Source of the DNA: Candidatus Eiseniibacteriota bacterium
GTDB lineage: Bacteria > Eisenbacteria > RBG-16-71-46 > CAVPCR01 > CBDCWB01
Direction: 5' to 3'
Assembly: GCA_965223205.1 (NCBI GenBank)
Contig: OZ244990.1
Location: 2,690,724 to 2,754,723 of the forward strand
DNA: 64,000 nt
In this document: in pieces, positions 20,101-28,938 of the stretch
Layout of the letters: each line of letters starts with the position of its first letter
How positions within the stretch are numbered: position 1 is the stretch's first letter
Made by a program: the position numbers and the translations under genes
The notes under the pieces: model-generated
The model's database searches: none
Seen by the model: the letters and a program-made list of their open reading frames with translations, nothing else
Told to the model about the DNA's origin: nothing

Positions 20101-23100
20101 GATGAACCGGTTGGTGGAGGGCTTGCCGGCGGTGCGCGCCAGCGGCGACTCGCGCTTGGAACTCAGCGGCGAGTTGGCGGCCAGCGCTCCCAACCCCAAC
20201 ACCCGTGGCCAGGTCTACTTGGACGACTTTGAAGGTGCCAAAGAAACCAGCATTCTGTCCATTCACCGGGAACAATGGTTTTGGGCGGCACAGCCGGTCG
20301 CCGTGGAAACAGCTGACGATCAGAGCCGGCGTGGCGATCTCCTCTGGTACAACCCCGTGCGCAGCCCCACGTTTGAGGGCGATCTCTTTCCCGAACTCGA
20401 TGAGTTGGAGGCCAACGACCGCCGGCAGATCCTCATGCTCAGAGTGCAACCCCGCGATCTACCGGGCGTGCAACCCGAAGAACAGTGGGTTGGGCTGAGC
20501 CAGGGGATCTCGAGTTCTGGCGCGGACTTCAACCGCAAGCAGTTCATCGAGGTGTGGTTGAACGACCTTAGAGCCGACTGGGTGCGGAACCCACCCCCGG
20601 GCGTGGCGCGTCCGACCATGCACGTCGACCTCGGCAACATCAGTGAGGACGCCGAGTGGAACCCACTGGAGCCGCCGAACGATAGGCGCGACACCGAGGA
20701 CCTAAACGCCGACGGTGTGTTGGATTTGAATGACACGGTTTTCGAGGACACCGGCCTGGACGGGATGTTGAGCGCTAGTGAGATCGGCCCGGGGCCGCCC
20801 AGCGACCCCGCCAACGACGACTTCGCCTTCGATCGGGACCGAGGCGATGATCCCTTTGCGTTTGAAGCCTACCAAGCCATCAACCGCACCGAGGGGAACC
20901 GCAAGCTCGACGACGAAGACTTGAACCGCGACAATGCATTCCAAGGTAGTGCTGCCAACGACTACCTGACGTTCTCCGTCGATCTGTCCGACACTACCTA
21001 CGTGGCTGCCGATGTGGAGCGCGATTTCGGGCTGATGGTGGACCGAGACGGGCGCCCGAATGGCTGGCGGTTGTTTCGCATCCCCATCGAAGTGGGCGAG
21101 CCGGTCGGCACGCCGAGTTTGTCCAACGTCACCCACTGCCGCATTTGGTTCACGGGTTTGCCGGATACCACGACGGTGCTGCAGTTGGCTGGCATTGATG
21201 TCCAGGGCAATCTTTACGAAACTGAGCCGCTCCGTGACGCGGCCACCGGCCTGGTCGCAGAACCGAACCCGGGCGAGTCCGTGACGATCCGTGGCATCAA
21301 CAACAAAGAGGATGCCAACGAGTACACTGCACCCTTCGATCTGGAAGAACGCGACCGGGTCACCGAGCGCGAGGGGTCCCTGGCCTTTGACTTCGTCGAT
21401 CTGGCGCCCGGTCGCGAGGGAAGCGCGCTGCGCGCCTTTTCCAGCGAGCGCGACTTCACCCTCTACGACACCTTGACCTGGTACCTCTATCAGGGGCTGG
21501 CCGCCAACTCAATCACCGATCCGGTCGAGGGAATGGAGGCGTTCGTCCGCTTTGGCGCCGACACCCTCAACTACTACGAGTACTCGGTTCTCTTGGACCG
21601 CCAGACCCCCGGCTGGTTGGAGGTCGACGTACCGGTTGCCGAGATCTCAGCCCTGAAGCTGGCGGCACTTGGTGACTCGACCCACGCGGAAACGACGGCG
21701 GGGCGCACCATCAAGTTTGTCGGCAACCCCTCGTTCACCAAGATAAGCCGGCTCACGTTTGGGGTACGAAACGCCTCGACGGCGGTCAAGTCGGGGACGA
21801 TCTGGGTGGATGACATCCGCCTCGATGACGTCATCCGCGACCTGGGAACCGCCGCGCGCTTCGGGTTGAGTGCCAAGTTCGCTGACTTTTTGGACGTGAA
21901 CTCGGACCTGTCGACCGAGGACGAGGACTTCCTGTCGATTGGTTCGGCGGGCCGCCAGCAGATTTCTCGCGGCACTGGGTCCTCGAGTCGCCGGTTCAAC
22001 CTGCGTTCGACTGCCCAGTTGCACAAGTTTTTCGAGACCACCGGAATCAACCTGCCCGTGAGCTTTTCGTTTCAAGATAACTTGTCGCTGCCCGAGTTTT
22101 CGGCTGGCGATGACATCGTGCTGAACCCGGACCAATCGCGAAATCAGCAGACCGGCTCGAAATCGGTGGGCTATACCGCACGTTTCAGTCGCCGCCGCGA
22201 GGACTCCAGCCCCTGGGTGCGCCAGACGCTGAATGCCCTGGCCATGGACTATTCGTTGAGGGATTCGCGTTCGCTTGGCAAGACCTCACGGGACTCGTCT
22301 CGGTCCATCAACTTCAACGCCAGCTATGCGCCGGTCATCACGGTCGAACCGCTGGCGCTGGGCCCCACCGAGTTTCGCTACGTTCCCGAATCGGTGAATG
22401 CTCGGTTGGCGTTCCGCTCCGACCGCCGTTTCACCTACCAGCGCGACCTGGAAGACCCGACGGTGCGCCAGCTGCAGTCGGTCAGCTACCTGCGCGTCGC
22501 CGACTTGTCGGCCGGAACATCCTACTCGCCGTTCCGCAGCTTGCGCGGCGACTACAACGTCACCTCGTCCCGCGACCTGGTGGCCGAGAACCCGGCCAGT
22601 TGGCTGTTTGGTCTGAACATTGGTTCTGAGTCCACCCGTGGTCATCGGGTTGGTTTGAACTGGGACCCGCCGGGGTTCTACGCGCCATCGTTCTCCTTTC
22701 GAAGTGATTCCAACGACAACCACGCCCCGCGCATCCAGCGCGCCGATGTCGATGGCCAGCTGCGCCACCTGAACGCTTCCCAGAACCTGTCCGGCAGCTG
22801 GTCTATTCCGTTGACGCTGGTGACCGGCGGTCGATCGCGGGCGCCGGCCGACTCGGTGGACAACATCTGGCGCGACGTGCGCGCGGCGGTGGCGCGGGTC
22901 GGTGTTTTTCAGGACATCGCCGTCAGCGCCGCGATCAACCGCAACAACTCACTCACCGACGTCGTCGGCGTGCCACGCTGGCAGTACCAACTGGGCTTTT
23001 CGCTGCACCCCGGTGCCGATGTCCGCCAGACCTCGCTGGGGGTCGAATCGGAGACCGAATCGCGTAACCTGTCGCTGTCGAGCGGCGCCCAATTGACCGG

Positions 23101-23809
23101 CGGCATTGACCTCCGGACTTCGTTTGCCGTACGCAGGAGCCGGTCGCTGAGAACGGCGGCAGTCACGCGCATAGACGTCACCCGTACCTGGCCCGACATC
23201 AAGCTCAACTGGCGGCAGTTGCACCGCAAGAACCGCTTTTTGACCCGGGCCTTTCGCAGCTTGGCGTTGGACTCTGGCTTCAGGCACGAGCGCACAGTGT
23301 CGGGACCGGACTTTTTCCGGGACGAGCGCACCACCCGGCGGTCTGAGTGGCGGCCGTTGTTTAATTTGAATGGAACCTTCCAGAGCAGTTGGACGTCGCA
23401 AGTGCGGATGGATGTCTCTTCGACCCGTGACGACGACGTCCTGACCGGCCAGGCGCGGTCGCGACACAGCGATCGCTCTGACTTCAAGATCAGCTTTGGA
23501 AGGCGCTACCAGAAGGGTGCGATCTTCAAACTGCCGTGGCAGAAACAGGGCAAGAAGCTGAACGGGCCCCTGCAGTTGAGCTTCGACGTGGACCGGAAAA
23601 GCGATGCCACCGAAAGCCGCGAGGCAGACGGGCGCACCATCTTGGAGCAAAAGATCGTCAGCATGAACTTCCGGGGCAGCGCCACGTACAGTTTTCGCCG
23701 GCAGATTGACGCACGTCTGAGCGCCGCTCACACGCGCCGGAACGACGTCAAGCTCGGCTACAAGCGTCGTTCGATCACCATGTCGATGGCCATGACCTTT
23801 ACATTTTGA
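17105..23809 (+). CDS. giant secreted outer-membrane protein, probable T9SS translocon SprA/Sov family
   Basis: At 2234 aa the size matches SprA. It has a signal peptide, a Pro-rich linker, then a long beta-rich body. It ends in an OMP-type beta-signal (…MAMTFTF, terminal Phe). Internal Asp-rich calcium-binding-like loops are present (DLNADGVLDLND). Confidence 0.5.
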   Translation: MPLFVQPGNGTRRRVGWRLAGVRALLGLILGVGCTAPAAAQIGYGREAIEARAAEARRDSVRIVGEAAAAATHAIQALQDQVDALAPDPPVEEPWTPKPSPTPPQTVSPAPGAAETASPVSRSTTASAPGEPGTSSPAPVRSRRPDAAPGSELFPAPGVQPRAPGAPDSLAAQPSPSPEPDVDWVPAPDDQPRIRGRDRNFDDALDDLVPPGRRLVSATLLRQPDENRLRERPALLPPDAASPADTTEAARAASFLWGFRPQGRLVERRAGLFARGVPEVAADFYLDVQPGERRSAIDLDLEAGTVSRAVRIGEVEVEPAVPAAVESHVQDVVVSGRWVDWSRTARSAVGRTLNESAPIGLRGEGVSLSTAIPEVEVLKSIIGESKAEINIRGTEVITVGGTSNWDANLTETDTASQSKFPQLDLRQDLNIQVDGQVGDKVTIDWRENTGAETSLANRISIRYRGYEDEVVKTVDLGNTSLSLPGTGFVSYNGSHSGLFGVKSTAQLGDFDLTVIASKEEGQTASASINQGVEESVRRLHELNYVKRRFFFLVDPVDPKNTGLLLEPGAPGWVPPPEISDLKVWLDDRNQHNNGGLRPGTMYLDPAPEAVATAEDSIPDGVFDILVSPTDYRLRTDLFSIVDQEGQAYNYPVLDLHRVGLDRDDYLGVTFKATYRTPGGGQEVVTYGSVPSEPNAPLILKALQVPPAKIQTDQDFFIEDEFWAPTLRLALKNIYDLGGSEIDPASLVISLHSDLGAEPEFLGDDATTTFIRMLGVDRESVNGFDGFDNIIDQVYLKLGEGLMVLPDLRPFAPSRLDSVWPFYYGDLQRPAADPRGRPAFFVDGAANRAAYDKRNPNTGQDSRYYFEIKSRSRQNTEFFLTASGSIIEDSESVIVNGQRLSRGQDYSIDYDTGRVNITKADLPSDADVQIDYAFAPLFQLGQKTLMGTHVGWKPDERRRLGATFLFESSGVADRRPKLGEEPSRILIGDVNGSFKFEPVWMNRLVEGLPAVRASGDSRLELSGELAASAPNPNTRGQVYLDDFEGAKETSILSIHREQWFWAAQPVAVETADDQSRRGDLLWYNPVRSPTFEGDLFPELDELEANDRRQILMLRVQPRDLPGVQPEEQWVGLSQGISSSGADFNRKQFIEVWLNDLRADWVRNPPPGVARPTMHVDLGNISEDAEWNPLEPPNDRRDTEDLNADGVLDLNDTVFEDTGLDGMLSASEIGPGPPSDPANDDFAFDRDRGDDPFAFEAYQAINRTEGNRKLDDEDLNRDNAFQGSAANDYLTFSVDLSDTTYVAADVERDFGLMVDRDGRPNGWRLFRIPIEVGEPVGTPSLSNVTHCRIWFTGLPDTTTVLQLAGIDVQGNLYETEPLRDAATGLVAEPNPGESVTIRGINNKEDANEYTAPFDLEERDRVTEREGSLAFDFVDLAPGREGSALRAFSSERDFTLYDTLTWYLYQGLAANSITDPVEGMEAFVRFGADTLNYYEYSVLLDRQTPGWLEVDVPVAEISALKLAALGDSTHAETTAGRTIKFVGNPSFTKISRLTFGVRNASTAVKSGTIWVDDIRLDDVIRDLGTAARFGLSAKFADFLDVNSDLSTEDEDFLSIGSAGRQQISRGTGSSSRRFNLRSTAQLHKFFETTGINLPVSFSFQDNLSLPEFSAGDDIVLNPDQSRNQQTGSKSVGYTARFSRRREDSSPWVRQTLNALAMDYSLRDSRSLGKTSRDSSRSINFNASYAPVITVEPLALGPTEFRYVPESVNARLAFRSDRRFTYQRDLEDPTVRQLQSVSYLRVADLSAGTSYSPFRSLRGDYNVTSSRDLVAENPASWLFGLNIGSESTRGHRVGLNWDPPGFYAPSFSFRSDSNDNHAPRIQRADVDGQLRHLNASQNLSGSWSIPLTLVTGGRSRAPADSVDNIWRDVRAAVARVGVFQDIAVSAAINRNNSLTDVVGVPRWQYQLGFSLHPGADVRQTSLGVESETESRNLSLSSGAQLTGGIDLRTSFAVRRSRSLRTAAVTRIDVTRTWPDIKLNWRQLHRKNRFLTRAFRSLALDSGFRHERTVSGPDFFRDERTTRRSEWRPLFNLNGTFQSSWTSQVRMDVSSTRDDDVLTGQARSRHSDRSDFKISFGRRYQKGAIFKLPWQKQGKKLNGPLQLSFDVDRKSDATESREADGRTILEQKIVSMNFRGSATYSFRRQIDARLSAAHTRRNDVKLGYKRRSITMSMAMTFTF

Positions 23810-24708
23810 GGTGCAACGTGGGTGTGGTCAGCCGACTTGCGTGTCTCCTGGTTTTGTTTCCGAGTGGCGGCCTGGCGGCGCCACCTGCCTTCTCCGGCCA
23901 GGGGGCCATGCAACGGCTTGCGGCGCTTTGTGCGCTTGGGCCGCGGGTGCCAGGAACCGCCGCCCACGACGCAGCCCGCCAGTTTTTGATCGCCGAGTTG
24001 TCGGCGGCGGGGGCGACCGTGCTCGAGGAGCACTTCATCGCCACCCCACCGCGTTACCAGAGCCCGGTCGACATGACCAATATCATCGGTCGCTTCGATG
24101 GGCGCTCCGCCCAGCGTCTGGTTTTGGCGGCGCACTGGGACTCGCGCCCGTGGGCCGACGCGGAGGAGGACTCCAGCCTGCACGATACGCCGGTCTTGGG
24201 CGCCAACGACTCAGCCTCAGGCTGTGCCATCCTCTTGGAGTTGGCGGCCGCCCTGGGCCGGGAGCTGCCGCCCTACGGCGTCGACCTGGTCTTTTTTGAC
24301 GGCGAGGACTCCGGCCTGCCGGGTGTGCCTCGGAGTTTCTGCCTGGGGTCGCAGGAGTACGCGCGCGGCTTGGTGGAGCCGCCGCTCTACGCTGTGGTGC
24401 TCGACATGGTCGGGGACAAAGAGCTTAGCCTGCGTCGCGAAGCGCACGCCGCGCGCCTGGCCCCCGATCTTCAGGAATACGTCTGGCAGCGCGCCGCCAG
24501 CCTGGCGCTGCCAGGATTCGCCGATCCTGGGTTCGTAGAAATCTACGATGACCACGTGCCCTTGCTCGAAGCCGGCGTCCCGGCAGTGGACCTCATCGAC
24601 TTCGACTACCCGCATTGGCACACAACCGCCGACACGCCAGACAAGTGTTCGGCGGCGAGCTTGCAGGTGATCGGCGAGCTGGTGACGAGCCTGGTCTACA
24701 ACCCCTAG
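23806..24708 (+). CDS. glutaminyl-peptide cyclotransferase (M28-fold, animal-type QC)
   Basis: ATGA-coupled to the SprA-like gene. Zinc-site motifs match M28/QC (…NDSASGCAILLELAAAL… and …LVFFDGEDSG…). It has a signal peptide. Confidence 0.7.
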   Translation: MRCNVGVVSRLACLLVLFPSGGLAAPPAFSGQGAMQRLAALCALGPRVPGTAAHDAARQFLIAELSAAGATVLEEHFIATPPRYQSPVDMTNIIGRFDGRSAQRLVLAAHWDSRPWADAEEDSSLHDTPVLGANDSASGCAILLELAAALGRELPPYGVDLVFFDGEDSGLPGVPRSFCLGSQEYARGLVEPPLYAVVLDMVGDKELSLRREAHAARLAPDLQEYVWQRAASLALPGFADPGFVEIYDDHVPLLEAGVPAVDLIDFDYPHWHTTADTPDKCSAASLQVIGELVTSLVYNP

Positions 24709-24712
24709 GACA

Positions 24713-25771
24713 TCAGGCGGCGACGTCGGGCTTAGCCGCGCTAGCGGTACTGGGCAGCGTGAAGCGGAAGGTCGAGCCGCCGGTCGGATTGGCTTCGACC
24801 CAGATCGCGCCGCCGTGCCGGTTCACCACGCGCCGGCAGATGGCTAACCCAATGCCGCTATGTTTGGCGTCAGCCGTGGCGGGCTGGCGCTGGAAGATTC
24901 CAAAGATGGCTTCCTGGTGTTCGGGTGGGACGCCCCGCCCGTTGTCGGTGACCGCGAATTCGACGGTGCCATCGCTTTCCGAAGCTTCGATGGCCAAGGT
25001 CAGCGGCTCCTTGCCCCGGAAGCGGATGGCGTTGTCGATCAACTGTTTGAACAACTCGGCGAGTTGCACGCGGTCACCTTGCACGTCGGGCATTTCAGGC
25101 GCCACGGTGAGTTGCGCTTGGGCGCCGGCCAGCTCGGCAGCAAGTTCGGCCACCACCTGCTCGACGAGGCTGGCTGGCCGCAGCCGTTCCAGACGTTGGG
25201 CGCCGCTGTCGATCCGGGCCACGGCTAACAGATCGTCCAGGCGCTGTTGCATGCGCTGGCAAGCGGCGACCATGAAGTGTAGGTAGTCATCGGCGTCTTC
25301 GCTGAGCTTGCCGGAATGGCGCTTTTCAAGAAGCCCGGCAAAGCCGGCGATCTTGTTGAGCGGTTCCTTGAGGTCGTGACAGACGGCAAAGTCAAACTCA
25401 CCGATCGATTGGGGGTGTGGCGCCGACGGGACGGGGCTTGCCGGTGCGGGCGCCGCCGGTGGATGCTCGGAGTGTGCCGCCTCAGAGCCGCCCAACGGAG
25501 GATGTGCCACCAGCCCCTGGGTGCCCTTCCGGCGGCTGCCGGTGGCAAACGCCCCAGCCAGCGCCCCGGCCAGGGCAAGCAGGCGCCATCCTGTCTGAGG
25601 CGCGCCAGCCACCACCAAGGCGCCGGCGACCACGGCGGCCAGCGGCCACCAGCTCCGCCAGCGCCGCTCACCGCCAGGCGGTGGTTCGCTCTGGCGCGGT
25701 TCGGGTGATGCAGCGGTTGAAGTCGACATTGGAGGGCTCCCGCAGGCGAAGTTTGGGCCGAACCGGTACAC
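24713..25771 (-). CDS. sensor histidine kinase (two TM segments, HisKA + HATPase_c)
   Basis: H-box (AVCHDLKEPLNKIAGFAGLL), N-box (QLIDNAIRF) and G-boxes (DNGRGVPPEHQEAIFGIF…GIGLAICRRVV). No adjacent response regulator; the true start is probably an internal ATG near 25729. Confidence 0.8.
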   Translation of the reverse strand: MYRFGPNFACGSPPMSTSTAASPEPRQSEPPPGGERRWRSWWPLAAVVAGALVVAGAPQTGWRLLALAGALAGAFATGSRRKGTQGLVAHPPLGGSEAAHSEHPPAAPAPASPVPSAPHPQSIGEFDFAVCHDLKEPLNKIAGFAGLLEKRHSGKLSEDADDYLHFMVAACQRMQQRLDDLLAVARIDSGAQRLERLRPASLVEQVVAELAAELAGAQAQLTVAPEMPDVQGDRVQLAELFKQLIDNAIRFRGKEPLTLAIEASESDGTVEFAVTDNGRGVPPEHQEAIFGIFQRQPATADAKHSGIGLAICRRVVNRHGGAIWVEANPTGGSTFRFTLPSTASAAKPDVAA

Positions 25772-25884
25772 TGCGACTCCCGGCCCACCTCCCAGGGCTT
25801 CGGCGACCGTGAGCTCGACCGTGAGCAGCGATCACCTGGGCGGGTGCGCGGCCACGAGGTGATCTGATGTCCCGAAGAGCGCCG

Positions 25885-26697
25885 ATGCCCCGACTGTTGA
25901 CCATTGCCGGTTCCGATTCCGGTGGCGGCGCTGGTATCCAAGCCGACCTCAAGACCTTTGCGGCGCTGGGTGGTTTTGGCATGAGCGCGGTGACTGCCGT
26001 AACGGCGCAGAACACCCGGGGCGTGATGGGGGCGACCAGCCTGAAACCGGCGTTGGTGCACCGGCAAATCCAGGCGGTGGCTACCGACATCGGCATCGAC
26101 GCCGCCAAGATCGGCATGCTGGCTACAGCCGCAGTGGTCCGCCGCGTCGCCCGCGCCGTCAAGACCTTCCACGTGCGCCCCCTGGTGGTCGATCCGGTGA
26201 TGGTCGCCACTAGCGGCGCGGTGCTCCTGCAAAAATCGGCCATCCGGACCTTGGTGGCCGATCTCTTGCCGCTCGCCAGCCTCGTCACCCCGAACCTGGC
26301 GGAGATCGAGGTCCTGGTCGAGCGGCGGGTCACGACGCGCGCACACATGGAGGATGCGGCCCAGCGGCTGGCGGACCGGATTCAGCGCGCAGTCCTGGTC
26401 ACCGGTGGCCACCGGCGCGGCGAAGCCGTCGACGTCCTTTGGGATGGTATGTCGATGAGCCGCTTCCGGGCCCCGCGGGTTGGCTCGGCACCGATCCACG
26501 GCGCCGGTTGCACACTCTCGGCAGCGATCGCCGCCTTTCTGGGGTACGGCTTCGGGCTGGTCGAGGCGGTGGCGCACGCCAAAGCCTACACCACCGGCGC
26601 CATCGAGCACGGGCCCGACCTGGGAGGTGGTGCCCACCCGCTCCATCACGCCTGGCCCGGGCACCGCCGGCTGGTGCCGCACCGCCGCTTGGCCTAG
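25885..26697 (+). CDS. thiD: hydroxymethylpyrimidine/phosphomethylpyrimidine kinase
   Basis: LTIAGSDSGGGAGIQADLKTFAALG … KIGMLA … VVDPVMVATSGA … TGGH. Confidence 0.85.
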   Translation: MPRLLTIAGSDSGGGAGIQADLKTFAALGGFGMSAVTAVTAQNTRGVMGATSLKPALVHRQIQAVATDIGIDAAKIGMLATAAVVRRVARAVKTFHVRPLVVDPVMVATSGAVLLQKSAIRTLVADLLPLASLVTPNLAEIEVLVERRVTTRAHMEDAAQRLADRIQRAVLVTGGHRRGEAVDVLWDGMSMSRFRAPRVGSAPIHGAGCTLSAAIAAFLGYGFGLVEAVAHAKAYTTGAIEHGPDLGGGAHPLHHAWPGHRRLVPHRRLA

Positions 26698-26847
26698 CCG
26701 ACCGCGGAATTTAGCCCTTGCGATTAGCGTGCCAGCTTCGCTATGGTCGGCAATTCGTGAGTGGGCGGGGGTCCACTCATTCGTTGTATGTGGGCTGGTG
26801 AAGATTCCCAGTCGCGTCGCGACAATCACTAAAGAAGGCGTGCACCG

Positions 26848-26912
26848 AAGGCCCGCGAGGCGGCAGGTCCGGCGTTCGATTCCGCCGGCTGCGGCGTTCG
26901 TCGGCCTTTTTG
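26848..26912 (+). other. GC-rich structured intergenic element upstream of rimP (hairpin CCGGCG-TTCGATTC-CGCCGG plus a distal AAGGCC…GGCCTTTTT pairing)
   Basis: A perfect 6-bp stem with a T-loop-like TTCGATTC loop at 26866-26887; the flanking AAGGCC (26848-26853) pairs with GGCCTT (26903-26908) and is followed by TTTTGG. No tRNA cloverleaf can be folded. Confidence 0.3.
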
Positions 26913-26936
26913 GCATGCCCTGCCGGGCGTAAGCTC

Positions 26937-27431
26937 ATGGTTGGAAACGAAGCGAGGCTCAAAGAAGTGGCAGGCGTTGTACTCGGCGCGTTGGGTTATG
27001 AGCTCCTAGACCTAAGCGTGGCGCCGCGCGGCAAGCGGCTGGTTGTCCAACTATGGATTGACCGGTTGGATGGTCAAGGTGGGGTGACGGTCGGCGATTG
27101 CGCCCGCGCCTCCAAGGCGCTCGGCGCCGACCTCGGGGTTTCGGATTGCCTGCCTGGCGCCTACGTCCTCGAGGTGTCGTCGCCGGGGGTCAATCGCCCG
27201 CTGACCCGACCGGCCCACTTCCAGCGGTTTGTGGGGGAAACTGCGGTGATCCGCCTCAACGCCGGCACTCGCCGCTCGCTGACCGGCACCATCGCTCTGG
27301 CGACTGCCGGGGAGGTCTGTGTCGCCCTGGAGTCGGGCGAGACTGTCACCATCCAGTTCGATGACATTCAAAGCGCCCATCTAAAGGTGGACCCTTGGAA
27401 ACGAACAAAGAGTCCCTCAACCTCAACTTGA
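26937..27431 (+). CDS. rimP: ribosome maturation factor RimP
   Basis: Aligns to the RimP N-terminus (LKEVAGVVLGALGYELLDLSV…) and to LEVSSPGVNRPLTRPAHFQRFVGE. Confidence 0.85.
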   Translation: MVGNEARLKEVAGVVLGALGYELLDLSVAPRGKRLVVQLWIDRLDGQGGVTVGDCARASKALGADLGVSDCLPGAYVLEVSSPGVNRPLTRPAHFQRFVGETAVIRLNAGTRRSLTGTIALATAGEVCVALESGETVTIQFDDIQSAHLKVDPWKRTKSPSTST

Positions 27432-28885
27432 TGGAAGCTCTCGCGCAGATCGCGCGAGAGAAGAGCGTTGACCAGGAGATTCTGGTTGAGACGTTGGAGG
27501 CCGGTTTGATGTCGGCGGCCAAGAAGAAGCTGGGTGCTTCTGCCAACGTCAGCGTCGACTTCGATCCAGAGTCAGGCGGCATTGAGATGTACGCCACGAT
27601 GGAGGTGGCCGACGACTTCGGGCCGATCGACCGTGGCTACCAGATGGCGCTGATCGATGCCAAACGAATGAAGTCTGACGCCCGTGTCGGGGACCGCATC
27701 AAGATTCAACTGCCCATCGCCGAGTTTGGGCGCAATGCCATCCAGGCGGCCAAGCAGGTGCTCATCCAGCGCGTCCGCGAAGCTGAGCGTGACCGCGTTT
27801 TTGATGAGTATCACTCGCGCGTCGGCGAACTGGTGACCACCATCGTTCAGCAGCTCGACCGCGGCAACGTCATCGTGCAGCTCGATCGGGCCGAGGCCAT
27901 TCTGCCCGGGCGCGAGCAAATCGGTCGCGACCGGTTTCGACAGGGCGAGCACATGCGGGCGCTGATCGCCGCCGTCGACAAGAACGCCAAGGGGCCACAA
28001 ATCGTCTTGACCCGCGCCTCGGTCGAGTTCCTGCAGCGGTTGTTCGAGGCCGAAGTGCCCGAGATCGCCGACGGTGTGGTCGAGATTCGGGCCATCGCTC
28101 GCGAGCCGGGCGCCCGCTCCAAGGTGGCAGTGGTCTCCAAGGACGACAAAGTCGACGCCGTCGGCGCCTGCGTGGGCATCAAGGGTTCGCGGGTTCAGTC
28201 GATTGTTCGCGAAATGAACGGCGAGCGCATCGACATCGTGCCGTTTAGTTCAGACGCGGTTTTGTACGTCACTCGGGCGCTGTCGCCGGCCAGGGTGAAG
28301 CAAGTCACAGTCTCAGAGGATGGCACCAGCATGCGGGTGGTCGTTGAGGACGACCAGTTGTCGCTGGCCATCGGCAAGGGCGGGCAAAATGCGCGCCTGG
28401 CCGCCAAGCTCACCGGTTTCAAGATCGACCTAGTGAGCGAGGGACAGATCCAGCGCGAAACCGAACTCGAAACCATGATGCGGGTCGAAGTCGAGGAGCT
28501 ACCGGGTGTTGGCCCGAAGGTGGCCGAACTCCTGATTCGCGCTGGGTTCGAGACCGCCGCCGAGCTGGTGGGGGCAGAGCTCTCCAAATTGACCGCCATC
28601 GACGGCATCGCCAAAAAATCAGCCATGAAGCTCCAGGAGATTGGCGAGCGCACGTTGGCCGAGCGCCAGCGGCTGGTCGAGGCGGTGATCGCCGAACGCG
28701 AAGCAGAAGAACAAGCTGCAGCGGAGGCTGCGGCCTTGGAGGCTGCGGCTGAAGGCGCCGCACCGGAGCCAGAACAAGTAGCTGCCGAGCCAGCGGCCGC
28801 CGCGGATGAAGGGCCGGCCGTCGACGACGCCGGCGACGACTCTCCGCCGGCCCTGGCGCCTAGTTCGGCCGGGGAATCGGCGTAG
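27395..28885 (+). CDS. nusA: transcription termination/antitermination factor NusA
   Basis: The N-terminus (NKESLNL…ALAQIAREKSVDQEILVETLEAGLMSAAKKK) aligns to E. coli NusA residues 1-40. S1 and KH domains (GDRIKIQL; IGKGGQNARLAAKLTG) and a C-terminal acidic/HhH region are present. Confidence 0.9.
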   Translation: METNKESLNLNLMEALAQIAREKSVDQEILVETLEAGLMSAAKKKLGASANVSVDFDPESGGIEMYATMEVADDFGPIDRGYQMALIDAKRMKSDARVGDRIKIQLPIAEFGRNAIQAAKQVLIQRVREAERDRVFDEYHSRVGELVTTIVQQLDRGNVIVQLDRAEAILPGREQIGRDRFRQGEHMRALIAAVDKNAKGPQIVLTRASVEFLQRLFEAEVPEIADGVVEIRAIAREPGARSKVAVVSKDDKVDAVGACVGIKGSRVQSIVREMNGERIDIVPFSSDAVLYVTRALSPARVKQVTVSEDGTSMRVVVEDDQLSLAIGKGGQNARLAAKLTGFKIDLVSEGQIQRETELETMMRVEVEELPGVGPKVAELLIRAGFETAAELVGAELSKLTAIDGIAKKSAMKLQEIGERTLAERQRLVEAVIAEREAEEQAAAEAAALEAAAEGAAPEPEQVAAEPAAAADEGPAVDDAGDDSPPALAPSSAGESA

Positions 28886-28938
28886 CGATTGATTGGGGTG
28901 GGCACCCCTGGACAAGCAGCAAAAACATCCCAGGGAGG

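Noticed and set aside
19175-20449. Long minus-strand ORFs inside the SprA-like gene (19175-20449), plus others such as 25225-26916, 28948-30234, 13222-14535, 10605-11603 and 51828-52892 on the minus strand
   Set aside because: They lie antisense to genes with strong family signatures, have Arg/Ala/Pro-rich low-complexity translations typical of GC-rich shadow frames, and have no recognisable domains.
17105-23809. Alternative identity of the giant protein as TamB/AsmA-like or an RHS/adhesin repeat protein
   Set aside because: There is a cleavable signal peptide rather than an N-terminal anchor helix, a C-terminal aromatic beta-signal, no obvious RHS/YD or cadherin repeats, and the adjacent QC gene fits T9SS biology. 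The SprA-like call is therefore preferred but unverified.
26860-26890. Possible tRNA (GTTCGATTCC T-loop motif) upstream of rimP, by analogy to E. coli metY
   Set aside because: The flanking bases cannot form a 5-bp T-stem with a 7-nt loop, and no complementary acceptor stem, D-arm or anticodon arm could be found within about 90 nt upstream. Kept only as a structured element.
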